NCBI GenBank assembly: GCA_035084275.1
Contig: CM068751.1
Span: 5,084,001-5,148,000 of the forward strand
DNA length: 64,000 nucleotides
Direction of reading: 5' to 3'
Source: Hydrolagus colliei
Taxonomy: Eukaryota
The notes below the pieces were generated by a model that saw only the letters and a list, made by a program, of their open reading frames with translations, ran no database searches and was not told where the DNA came from. The position numbers and the translations under genes were made by a program. Positions 51,992-62,843 of this stretch are shown in pieces (positions within the stretch are counted from its first letter, which is position 1; each line of letters starts with the position of its first letter).

Positions 51992-52154
51992 CTTCCTGAC
52001 TAGTCTCCAACTCAATCTCACCACCATAGGTCCCGTAACCTCCATTGGTGTGAGCTCTGACCCGGAACACATAAGTGGTGCCAGGCTTCAATCCATCAAC
52101 CGTCATGCTGTTCGATTTGGTTTTTAAAACCGTATAGTTTTGGTCCCTTTGATT
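51992..52154 (-). CDS. epha4l: EphA receptor exon 7 equivalent: FN3-2 C-terminal half
   Basis: NQRDQNYTVLKTKSNSMTVDGLKPGTTYVFRVRAHTNGGYGTYGGEIELETSQE. Acceptor caacag, donor gtgagt. 163 nt, phase 0-1. Confidence 0.94.
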
Positions 52155-52854
52155 CTGTTGCATTAAACACATAAGCCAAGGTTTTAATGACTTTATATTG
52201 ATTCAACTCATTCTGTTCTGAAGTGTCAGTTGGCTATTGATTGATGCCAGTAAATAGGACCCAGTGTAGGCACTGGAGGTCATGATTCCTAATGGAAATA
52301 GCCGATACACTTGTAACTCACTTCATGGAGTGTTCTGCACATTGATTGGCACAATAATATTAGTCAATATCAAGTAGGCTATGCTTTTTTAAAAACAGAG
52401 TGTACTTTTCTCCTTCTACCTATCCATGCCTTATTCACAAGCAGAGAGGGAGATTAAGCACTCTGCAGCTTTGCCTCTGCTAAAGCCTAGAGGGGGAGTG
52501 ACAGCTGGAATTGGATTAAAACCAGGCACATCCCGTGGGCAGCCAAGTCCAAGGTTAAGGAATGACCTGGGAACAGTTCATACAATCATCAGTAGCTGAG
52601 AAAAGGGAGAGAATTAACAAACTCACAAACGAAGGGAATTGAAACAAGAGTAAAAAGAAATTGTGGGGGATGGGGAGAGAGTATCGTCTTTTTACTCAGT
52701 CCATAAAATACGTTTGATGGGACCTTATCTGATTGTTTTATATAAGGGCTGACTTTCTTTATTCTATTCTCAATGAAGTTTACAGAAGGTTTTCTTCATA
52801 AACATTCTTTCCTCTTTCAGCAGAATGACAATTGATGGTTTATACGATACTGAC

Positions 52855-52967
52855 CTTTTCATAATAGATGACTTCATATTCCACAATTGCACCATTGGCA
52901 TGGTCTGGTCCCTGCCAGGCTAGAGTGATGCTGTCCTTGCTCTTTCTTTCCTTCAGAATCACATTCA
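52855..52967 (-). CDS. epha4l: EphA receptor exon 6 equivalent: FN3-2 N-terminal half
   Basis: Not in the ORF track; read by hand as (V)NVILKERKSKDSITLAWQGPDHANGAIVEYEVIYYEK. Acceptor ttgaag with a TACTAAT branch-point-like motif upstream, donor gtcagt. 113 nt, phase 1-0. Confidence 0.9.
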
Positions 52968-53365
52968 CTTCAATGCAGATGAAATGTGGGTAATTAGTAA
53001 AGTGTCACACTGGTAAACCCTTGACCATGCATTCTATCCACTAGGCACTGCTCGGCCTTGGTTCGTATTGCATCAAATATTCGAGAAGATGAATGGCTGA
53101 TCACACAGATTGATTGTTGAGCCCAAGGTACATCACATTTGCTAAATCAAAATCTTGGGAGTCTGTCCTCGCTCTTCCCCTATTTGATGGGAAGGTCACT
53201 TCTGATGTGAAAGTGATGAGAGCTGAGGCAATGTCCAAATGAAACCAATGTTACACAAGCCTCACCAGTTGAGTTCCACGAACCTGATCCTGTGCATCTG
53301 TACATTTCACAAACAGCTTTCATTACTCAGTGGGGGGTGGAAAAACACGTTACTTGCAGCCTGCA

Positions 53366-53532
53366 ATCTGAAGACTTTCAAAAGTATTTTCAGGTCAAAC
53401 CTGAAGACGTTTCTGTTCAACCGTACTTTCAGTCACCATTTTGCCCCTACCTCTGGCTCGGCTCCGAGCTCCGCTTTGCGAAGCACTCTGAGATGGCGTG
53501 GAGGGCGCTATATAAATCTAAGTTGTTGTTAT
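53366..53532 (+). mobile_element. L2-type LINE 3' end
   Basis: Encodes FRSNLKTFLF (the L2 terminal motif), then AAGCACTCTGAGATG...GGCGCTATATAAATCTAAG(TTG)n. Confidence 0.75.
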
Positions 53533-53767
53533 TCAATTTATGGACCGGATATATAACTTTCTTTATGAAGGGAGATGCTTTTTAAAAATTACAGTAAAGC
53601 TTCTGGTTGCCATTTTCTCAGGCAGATCTCAGCTGGTACTGTTATTTTTACTGTTTCCAATGTTTTTCCTTCCTTTTATTTATCTTGAAGTCACTAAGTT
53701 TTGGGCATCCAGGCCACTCTCTGGTAACTCACATAAATAAGCATTCTTCGATCCCCACAGACTTTTT

Positions 53768-54033
53768 AATAATAATAATAATAATAATCCTTGCATTTGA
53801 GCAAGGATTCTAGACATCTCAAAGTGCTTCACAGAGTATACTGTAAAGTGAACTGACTATATTTTGGGCAAAACGTGGCAGCCAATTGCACACAGCAGTG
53901 TCCCACAAACAGTTGTGGATTGAAAATGATCAATTTTATTATTGTTTTAGTTGAGGGATTATTATTAAGCATGTGGAGTAAGGAAACTTGCCCAAAGTTT
54001 CGCCCTGACCTGCCTGGATTGGAACACAGGTCT
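53768..54033 (-). mobile_element. SINE copy truncated within the tRNA head
   Basis: Tail, core and B-box region are present; the head ends where the adjacent CR1 3' end begins. Confidence 0.85.
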
Positions 54034-54146
54034 TGGACAGGTAAATGGAATTAGGATAGAAGATCAGCCATGATCTTATTAAATGGCGGGGCAGGCTCGA
54101 GGAGCCGAATGGCCTATTCCTGCTCCTATTTCTTATGTTCTTATGT
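54034..54146 (+). mobile_element. CR1-type LINE 3' end (chondrichthyan HER1/HE1-like tail)
   Basis: GATCAGCCATGATCTTATTAAATGGCGGGGCAGGCTCGAGGAGCCGAATGGCCTATTCCTGCTCCTATTTCTTATGTTCTTATG matches the shark CR1 tail as I recall it. Confidence 0.82.
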
Positions 54147-55124
54147 ACAATCAAGTACTTGTAAATACAATGATCATCATTCTTGACCATGGGCAGCATA
54201 ATAGCTGTGAGTAATCCTGTTCTTACTAAACACAGCATACGTTTTTCAACGTGAGTCATTGATGATGATCTGGAAAGATCATTACAAACCAGGAACTGAA
54301 GCTGTAAGTTTCTTATGGGCACTGGTTCTGTTATGGTATGAGCAAATTCTGATGCTGCAATGCTACAAAAATACCTCCTCTGATACCTGGAAGCGAAATA
54401 AATGGCTAGAATTCAAGAGTAATAAATTGCAAGAGACGATCACAGTCTGTCTCTAGACATCCTTGGGATGAATTAGGACATTTAACTCACTCCCTGACAT
54501 ATTAGTTTACAATGTACTGCACAGTTTTCTGCAAAATCACTCTTATTGTTATTTGCATGAGAGTTTGAGTATCAAGTTGGCAGTGAGGTCGACAGGGTCT
54601 AACATAACCGAAGCTCTTACTGCTGACTGCAACTAGGGCCTGGAGTCTGATACGATTTAATGTTTTGCTTTATCAAAAGAGTTTTACCAAGTTATATGCA
54701 TTTCATCGATTTTGATCACACTGAATGTAAAAGGACTGCATTAGCACATTGACCTTTTGCCTCTGGGACTGGGATGAAATCCAGACCAGACTGACTGATC
54801 AGATAAATTCTCTCTGCTAAATCTCGAATACTGCAGTCGGAATTTAGTTTCTTATGGATATGAATTTCTGACACTGAACTTAAAGAATAATTACAGTAAA
54901 ATTATCACTAAGCAGAAGCTTCAGTGATGGTTACAAATATGTATGTGAAGGCACAAGGCAATGCTGAGGCATATTGTTGGTGAACTTTGCTTTCTGACTC
55001 GGTGATGACTTCTAACAGTTTTGCTCAGTTTGTTATGCACTAGATAAAGGGAATGGAAAAGTTCTGGATTTGAATCCTAGTGAGTCAATTCATTTTTTTA
55101 AAAAAATCACTTTAGAGCTAAAAC

Positions 55125-55233
55125 AATAATAGTAATAATAATCCTTGCATTTGATATAGCACTTTTCAAGTATTCTAGACATCTCATAACACTTCACAGA
55201 ATATAGTGTAAAGTGAAGTGACTATATATTTGT
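55125..55233 (-). mobile_element. SINE 3' tail fragment
   Basis: Same tail as the other copies. Confidence 0.8.
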
Positions 55234-56479
55234 GTGACATTCTCACTATCTATCATGATCTAGAAGAGCATAAAAAAGCAAAGTAAATCCCAAATTATCT
55301 TTATCCTGTTAAGTTAGGGCTGTTTCTAAAATTATGCTTGTCTTGTGTTTTGTGACCTACACTTTATTACGAAGACTGGAAATGATCCATACATGCCTGT
55401 ACTCGTTATTTCCTTCCAGCAATTTCTTCCAATTCCATCTCCATCCACAATATCCTCTTCAGTTGGGAAGGTAGAAAAATGCAGCCTTGGTATAAATCAC
55501 TGATGCAAATGCACCTTGCTCCAATTACAGTACTGAGTAAGGGTGTTTGGTGGCAATGTACGAAGGAATTGGGCACTCTCTGTCTTTCACACTCTCTCTC
55601 TCCTTGCTCCCTCTTTTTTTCCTCTCTTTGAAAACCTAACCAGACCTAAAAACAATTTTCTCCTTTCCCCTGGAACTCCAGAGGATTGCAAACTCAAGAA
55701 AACCCAAAATACTCAATGCCCTGAAACGTTTGCTGTATTGATGGTTTTGGAGCCAGGAAAGTACAAGGAAATAAAAACAACTAAAAACCTGCCAGTTGGC
55801 AATCATCGAACTTTTTTTTATATTCCTCACAATAATTACCAAAGATCAGGCCTAAATAATACTCTGAAAGAACCTAAAGCTGACAACGAGCAGTATGTGC
55901 TGAATTGACCTGGCACTCAGGGGTGTCTTAGCTCAATAACCCTCAGCTACAGCGTTCCAGCTTGCAGATTGGCTCAGTGGACACATCATTTTTCAACTGT
56001 ACGGTGTGTGTTTCTCTCTTCCAGCTCACAAGTGCTGCTAAATAAGAGATGTCTAATTACAACCGTATGAAGTGATTAGAGCTGCAGGTCATTACTAGTG
56101 CAATCCCAAAGCTCTGATTACTCAAGTGTGCACTGAATAATCCTTTTGGAACAAGTTCACGGAATGTCAAGTAGATCTTGATTTTTCACAAATTTGAAGA
56201 AATACAACCCATGGAATTATATGAATATATTGGGCAGCGATGACTGACTTAATCTAAATAACAAATGAAATGTGTCTTTCAGCGGAAGTAATATTAAAAA
56301 ATAATAAATGTTTCTGTCACTGTCTGCCAGTACTGTCCCAGGTGCCTATTTAGGACGGAACAAAGCGGTCTCAGATCTCTTTCAATGGCTCAGAGGTGTT
56401 GGTATCACTATAGTTGGGTTCAATGTCCCAGACTTATGAGAGTCAACATGAAGCAGTTTCCTATCCCTTGATGTCCATG

Positions 56480-56705
56480 CAATTTTTATCTTTATCCAGT
56501 GATCACTTGCAGGAAACTGCACACTGCAGACATCAGGTGAACAGGATATTGGGCTGAGCTGCAGACCCAACCTTTTATCCCCTCCCCCCTACCACTACTG
56601 TCGGATAGTCAGTCAACATCATTATCTATATTTACACAGGAATAATAACCACTTGAGTGAGATACTGGAAGGATTTAGGAGCTCGTGGATCTGTGCTCCT
56701 GGCTG
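56480..56705 (+). repeat. Ancient dispersed repeat (possibly AmnSINE2/LF-SINE-like); related copies near 1455-1565 and 9130-9185
   Basis: All three sites share a degenerate motif TGAT..CTAT(C/T)CAGTG..(C)CTGC(T/A)G(G/A)AAA.TG. The family name is uncertain. Confidence 0.45.
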
Positions 56706-57086
56706 AATTACGACTGACAGGACCAAAGGTGATAGATAACTGATGCAGCTGTGAAGAGTACCATTCCTTCCTTGGTACACCTTCTGACACAATATCCTCC
56801 CACCGAGGGCAGTGGGTGAACTGGCTCAGTTGAACCACCCAAGAACAAATGGGATAAATTTTTAATTCAGCAATGGAAAATGGTGCATCGGTTTGGGATA
56901 GGAAACAAAAGTGAAACTGAAAGGATGGAGTAAGCTTTACTTCTCTGCATCATTCTGTTACTACGTTCAAATATTATTCCAGGCTTTTGCCTTTGAAAAT
57001 GGTTGATTTTTACATTAACTGATCATGCCCCCAATTGTCTGCAGTTATCTTGTTCGAAGTGATTACAAAGGAGAGGTTTGTCTCAC

Positions 57087-57422
57087 CTGCCTGGCTGGTT
57101 GTGACATTGATGGAGACAAAGTGTTTGATGCTGCGACTCAGTTCAGACACACCATTTACAGCTTCAAGGTTAAAAGTATAATTAGTGTGAGGCAGCAGAT
57201 CAGTAATGAGGACTTTGGTGTAGGTTAATCCAAACTGGCGTGGGACAAAGTGAAGGCCGCTCCCACAGGGGCTGCACTTTCTGACGTCTCCACCACACTT
57301 CATGCAGTGGATGTTGTAGGTGATATCGTTCCTGCCTCCACTCTCTCTGGGTGGGCTCCATTCCAGAATGATTGAAGTCTCATTTGTGGTGGAAACTGGA
57401 TTTTCTGGTGCAGAGGGAGGCT
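57087..57422 (-). CDS. epha4l: EphA receptor (EphA4-like) exon 5 equivalent: first fibronectin type III domain
   Basis: Encodes PPSAPENPVSTTNETSIILEWSPPRESGGRNDITYNIHCMKC...NYTFNLEAVNGVS...VTTSQA. Acceptor ctcccctcttag, donor gtgaga. 336 nt, phase 1-1. The paralog symbol is tentative. Confidence 0.95.
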
Positions 57423-57660
57423 CTAAGAGGGGAGCAGAGAGGAAGAAAATAGACCAAATAAATATACCAGGGGATGTTGGATTCCATTCATAGACAGTAA
57501 GACTTGCAGTTTCCTTTAACCATATATAATTTTTCAAACAAAAAAGCAAAATTTTGAAAGTACTGTACTTTTCATCATTTATCTGCACAAGTTACATGAC
57601 ATTAATATATAATGACGTCAACCAACAGACCACATCACAAATCGCATGTTATAATACAGT

Positions 57661-57956
57661 AATAATAATCCTTACATTTGATATAGCACTTTTCACATCT
57701 TATCGATGTATCAAAGCGTTTCATAATGTAAAGTGAATTGACGTATATTTGTGGACAAAACGCGGCCGCCAGTGTCCTACAAACAGTCGTGGATTCAAAT
57801 TACCAATTTTTAGTATAGTGTTTTTTTCGGACGGATTTTTATTAGGCGTGTGGAATAAGGAAACTTGCCTAAGGTTTCGCACTGATCTGCCTGAATTCGA
57901 ACACAGGTCTCACGCTTGTAAGGCAAGTGCTCTAACCACTGAGCTACAGGAGCTCC
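57661..57956 (-). mobile_element. Near-full-length copy of the same tRNA/Deu SINE
   Basis: Same head, core and tail as the other copies, with a short deletion in the core. Confidence 0.87.
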
Positions 57957-58091
57957 ACAATCGAGCACACTGTTGAGATCAAAAATGTATTATTGATTAA
58001 AATATTACTTTAGTTTACTTAGGAATGCTTATAATTGTTAGTTTGTCTCAAGTTGACATGTGGAGTGACAACCGTGTTCATAAATTGGTGG

Positions 58092-58160
58092 TTTTCAGCG
58101 CTTTGGGACGTCCTCCCGACGTGAAAGGTGCTATATAAGTGCAATTTTGTTATTGTTGTT
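58092..58160 (+). mobile_element. L2-type tail fragment of the (TTG)n family; similar pieces near 6563-6630(-), 45335-45405(-), 59265-59325(+), 59810-59860(+) and 62990-63055(+)
   Basis: CAGCGCTTTGGGACGTCCTCCCGACGTGAAAGGTGCTATATAAGTGCAATTTTGTTATTGTTGTT, which matches the tail of the L2 fragment at 40833. Confidence 0.72.
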
Positions 58161-58329
58161 TTGATCCGAAGAAGGTCACTTATGCTTGTCAGTCAGTAAT
58201 TAAATTGCTTGTTGGACATGAGGAGCCTAATTATATTGAGCTGAATTGGAGAATTTACATCTAAGCGTGATGTACATACTGGGTAGCTGGTATTAACTCT
58301 AAATAAAATGTTATGGGAAAATATCATGT

Positions 58330-58459
58330 GGAATCCTGTAGCTCAGTGGTTAGAGCACTCGCCTCACAAGCGACTGACCAGGGTTCAATTCTCGGCAGGG
58401 TGAAACCTTGGGCCAGAAGATGTGAAAAGCACCATATCGAATGCAAGGACAATTATTAT
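58330..58459 (+). mobile_element. Internally deleted SINE (tRNA head joined directly to tail)
   Basis: GGAATCCTGTAGCTCAGTGGTTAGAGC...GAAACCTTGGGC is joined to AGAAGATGTGAAAAGCACCATATCGAATGCAAGG; the Deu core is absent. Confidence 0.82.
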
Positions 58460-60681
58460 CGGTTTCATGTGCCTCGAAGAGTTAAATTGGTTCAGAAGGA
58501 ACCAGAAATGTGTTTATCACGACTGCAGCTCTCTTGTTATTTGTTGATGCAATGGTCGGGTATTGTTTTAATCAGATTCAGCTCATGGGGACCCATACCC
58601 AAGGGCGGTCCCAACCTGTAAACAACCACCAGGTGGGTGAGAATGTGCAGCTTTGCGCAGACCGCCTCGGAGTTGAAACAAACAAGGACAATGATAAAAG
58701 AAGTAGAGCTACGCTGTCCTTTCTTCAATGATTACCCTGGTGTTTGGTCTGAGTTGGTAAGATTGAGTATATCTTTTGCTTCCCTTGCTCTGCGACTCAA
58801 GCCACTCAACCTCAACTGCTCAAGGTTTTGGCCATTCCAGCAACGTCACTACAAAATACACAGTCACTGCACTTTACAGTCAATCCTGGGAAGTGCTTTA
58901 AGACGATCTTCCAACCTGTATCAAATGTAACAATGATTATAATTATTATTTGTCTGAGATTCATGTGGGTCCAGAGGCACTTTCCTCAGGTTGCAGAAGC
59001 ATAACTGAGCAACACAAGGGAATCGCAACAGACCTTATTGGATCACTGGAGAACTACCGAGTTTTTTTCAGTGGTTAAACTAGGTAGATGTGTGATTATT
59101 TAATAATTCACCCGCCTGAGGATAAAAGATGCACTGCAATTGTCAGGAAATTCTGCCTCTGAAGCCAGAAACTAGGTTATGCACGATGACCAAAAGGTTG
59201 TGATGCCATTACGATGCCTAATAAGTCTTAAAGAAATAATAATGATTCTTTTTAGACAATGGGATAATCCTCCCGATGTGAAAGACTCTGTACAAATATC
59301 ATTTTGTTGTTGTTGTTGTTGTTATCACCACATTTTGGTCATCCTGTAGAAACCAAGCAGCAATCAGATGGCCTCAGGGACGGGAGCCGGTTACGAGAAT
59401 TTCTAAATCTGTATTTTTGCAGCTTCGGGGGTGAACTCTTTTTTTTAAACCCAAGAAAATAAGAGAGAAAATGTTCTCAGAATCACACGTACACACAGGG
59501 AATCGCACATATGATGCTCTTGCAATCCTTAACCTAATCAATATTTTTAAATGATTAAGTTGAATCGTATGAATGTGACATCACATAGGGGATAACTTAT
59601 TGGACTGCTGCTGTGTCGAGTCTGAGAAATGATCTTTCGCCCCAAATAAACCCAGAATGATTGGTATTGTGTAGTTATTTATTTTTAAAGTGCAAATGTA
59701 CTTCTTCTTTGTGGTTTCTGGCAGTCAGGTATTGTACATGTATGAGATGGTTGTTACACTTCTCGGCGCATCACCAGTAAAAATAGCTAAACCACATAAA
59801 TGGGTTTCACATCCTCCTGACGTGAAAGGCGTTATACAAGTGGAATTTTGTTGTTCTTGTAAATAACAAATCTATTATTTTGATATCAATAATGCAAGAC
59901 ATGCTTTTCACACAGCAGATTCCCAGTTATCCCAGCTTCCGCTTGTAAACATTTTGATATTCATTTGGAGAGGGAGCGAATGTGGAAATAATAATACCCG
60001 AGTGTTCTTTAGTTCATGATATAATCAAGAGGAAACTGGTGTTCTCAGAGACAGAGCCAGCACTATAAATAATACAGATTTCATTATTTATGGAGCCACA
60101 CCCTTTTTGAAAAAGCAATGTCAGCAGGACTGATACACAATCCATTCATAGCCTTTGTGTTTCTCCCCTCTTTACCAGGATCACTTCCCTAATAAACACA
60201 CCTTAGAAGGCACATTTTTACGATGTATAATCTTGCGTTTAAAAAAATTCCTGCCATTAAATTCTCCTTTAAACCTCTCTTTGAAACAAAATCAATGGGT
60301 GCCACTACTGCATGTTGCAATATAATTTTCCACAGGCATTTACTGCGACCCAGGATACTTGTTAAACTCTTTTCCATGCACTTTGCTAGTTGATGTCCAC
60401 TAATAGGTCTACAACCTTCTAAATTATGTCACCACTACATATAAAACAATAAGCAATTTTTTCTCCAGAGAATTTGGTTTCCTTTGAGTGCTACATCAGA
60501 TGCCCAGGTGTGCTTTCCACATTATTACAACTATAGTGACAGAAAGACCGCTTCAAGATAATCAATGAAACAATTCGCCATAAACAGATTCCACTCACGG
60601 GTTGTACCAGTGAAAAGGGAAGATAGCAGTTGAAAAATAGTCACAACATTCCTACTAATCCAATTTTCAACAAGTCTATTC

Positions 60682-61054
60682 TAGTGTCTGGCTATATATC
60701 GATATGCCGATATCGGAATTTAAAATATATCGATATATCAAAAAATTCAGTATCAAAAAATATATCGGTATATCGATTCCGGCGATATATCGGTATTATC
60801 GGTATAATGCGAACTTTTCCAACTTACCTTGTCGCTGGCATTGCAAACCTCCTGGGTTTAGAGCACGGAATGCGCGCGCACATCCGAATGCGCACGTACC
60901 CCCGATTGCGCGCATACCCCCGAATGCGCATGCATTTCCGAATGTGCGCACATGCGCAGTGTAAAGGAACCCGGAAATATCAATATATCGGTATATATCG
61001 ATATGAGCCCACCGATATATCAACATCGGAAAATTTCCATATCGACGGACGCTA
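60682..61054. mobile_element. Non-autonomous hAT DNA transposon, copy C (373 bp, compact form)
   Basis: Degenerate TIR TAGTGTCTGGCTATAT / ATATCGACGGACGCTA. Perfect TSD GTCTATTC at 60674-60681 and 61055-61062. Same subterminal regions as copy B. Confidence 0.9.
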
Positions 61055-61504
61055 GTCTATTCTGAGTTTCCAAACTGTGGTGTTTCAATTAATCCTGCAT
61101 TAAAAACAACCTGTAACAGTAGATACATGGAGAAAGTTGGAATGTAGATTTGATCAGATATGCATTGCTTTGCAAAAGGTAATGTGCCATTTCCCGGTAA
61201 CATCCCTTGCTGTTACATCATCATATTCTGGAGACTGTCTTCCTCTGAGCACAATAAATGATTCCCTTTAAGCTTTAAAATAACAAATCAGAAAAACAAC
61301 GGGGAATAGGAATCATGCATGGAGCAGATTATATGAAATCAAACTCACTGAGATAGTTTTCTGGCTTTTGATACATTCAAGGTCTAAGATCCTTTCGATA
61401 ATGAGCTCTACATTCGGGTCGTTTTTGTGATTTAAAGCAACATTGCTCTTAGTTTAGAGATTTCTAATGTAAGGACACCAAATGTAAGATTATGATCACA
61501 TTAA

Positions 61505-61612
61505 TAATCATAATAATAACCCTTGCATTTGATATAGAATCTCTGAGGTGTCTCAAAGTCCTTCACAAAATATACTAAAGTGAATCGACTGTATATTTTG
61601 TGGGACAAACAA
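61505..61612 (-). mobile_element. SINE 3' tail fragment
   Basis: Same tail, ending at the Tigger-like MITE. Confidence 0.75.
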
Positions 61613-61614
61613 TA

Positions 61615-61833
61615 CAGTAAAAGCCTGTTTATCTGGCACCCTCAGGACCTGGCCAATGCCGGTTAAAATGCCTGCCGGATATTCGGCCGAAAACGCAAAA
61701 AATAAATAAATGTTTTAAATGTCAATGCATTTTTCCGGATAAATTCCGGTTAATCGAATGCGGACTTTATTTTGCGATGCAGGTTAAACGGAAGTTGCAG
61801 TTGATTGGGTGGCGGATAAACATGCTTTTATTA
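61615..61833. mobile_element. Tigger/mariner-like MITE, next to or nested in a SINE remnant
   Basis: TA-flanked TIRs: CAGTAAAAGCCTGTTTATC versus the reverse complement of the right end, TAATAAAAGCATGTTTATC. Internal CCGG(T/A)TAA repeats. Confidence 0.72.
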
Positions 61834-62280
61834 TATTGTGTTAACAAACAATGAGTTTGTTGACTGAAACGCCAAGAAAGCCCACCAAAATGAAGTGCAT
61901 TTAAAAAAGATTGTAACATAACTAATTGAACAGTGATGATTTTGAGGCTTCAGTGAACATGTTAAGCAAACGTGTTTGTGTCTGTGGTTGCTGGAGTCAC
62001 TAAGGCTTGTGGATCCTTTTCCAGATATCTGCTGTAACCTCTGCTGTGTGACTTGTGTAGCTTTTTTAGTGAAAGAACGGGCAGAGCGACAACAAAAGAT
62101 TTATCTTAGAGAAGATAAATTTGAACTGAATGAGTCTCTCAGAGGCCACAAACTTATTTTCTCCTCTCACTGCAGGTACTGCTGGGCTCATGCTGTGTCT
62201 CTGAATTCTCTGGCAGATGCCCCCATTCTCCTGGGCTTTCCCTCATGCCTTGGTAATTCTAGTAGATTGAGGAAGCCAGG

Positions 62281-62309
62281 ATTCATTCATTCATTCATTC
62301 ATTCATTCA
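62281..62309 (+). repeat. (ATTC)n microsatellite
   Basis: About seven tandem ATTC units. Confidence 0.9.
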
Positions 62310-62320
62310 TCCTTCTTCCA

Positions 62321-62400
62321 TTCAATTCACTTTGCAGTGTATTCCGTGAAGCGCTTTCAGTCGTCTTTGAGAAGTGTATCAAATGCAAGGATTATTATTA
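62321..62400 (+). mobile_element. SINE 3' tail fragment
   Basis: TCAATTCACTTTGCAGTGTATTCCGTGAAGCGCTTT...AAATGCAAGGATTATT. Confidence 0.78.
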
Positions 62401-62747
62401 ATCAGAAACCAGAACGCAAACGTCAAGATTGAAATCTGAGACCGAAAGTCGTGACTCCAACCCCTCAAACTTCTTGACAGTCATTGTTTCATCAAAGCAT
62501 CTGCTTCCTTCTACATTTCCTATTTGTGTAGAAGGAGGACAGCTTAGTGCCGTAGAGTTCAAAGCTTGCCCTCACCACTCTGGGATGGTGACTGAGATGG
62601 TTAGAGTCAGATTGATTGTGACATGAACACACTGATATATGACGTGCATTTCTAGGAATTATAAAGACTGACCATAAACAAGGCGGATGTTATTTTGTTT
62701 TGCCTCCTTAAGTTGGAAGATTAGTCTTCAGTGCGGTTGAATGTATG

Positions 62748-62843
62748 GTCAATTCACTTTACAGTATATTCTGTGAAGCGCTTTGAGACATCTAGAAGAC
62801 ATGAGAAGCACTATATCAAATGCGAAGATTATTATTATTATGA
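62748..62843 (+). mobile_element. SINE 3' tail fragment
   Basis: GTCAATTCACTTTACAGTATATTCTGTGAAGCGCTTTGAGAC...(ATT)n. Confidence 0.82.

Noticed and set aside
16990-61054. All three hAT copies share the same orientation
   Set aside because: With three copies this occurs by chance one time in four.
62429-62626. ORF containing KACPHHSG, reminiscent of the Eph cysteine-rich exon 4 (KCPPHS)
   Set aside because: It is on the wrong strand and lacks the other conserved cysteines.
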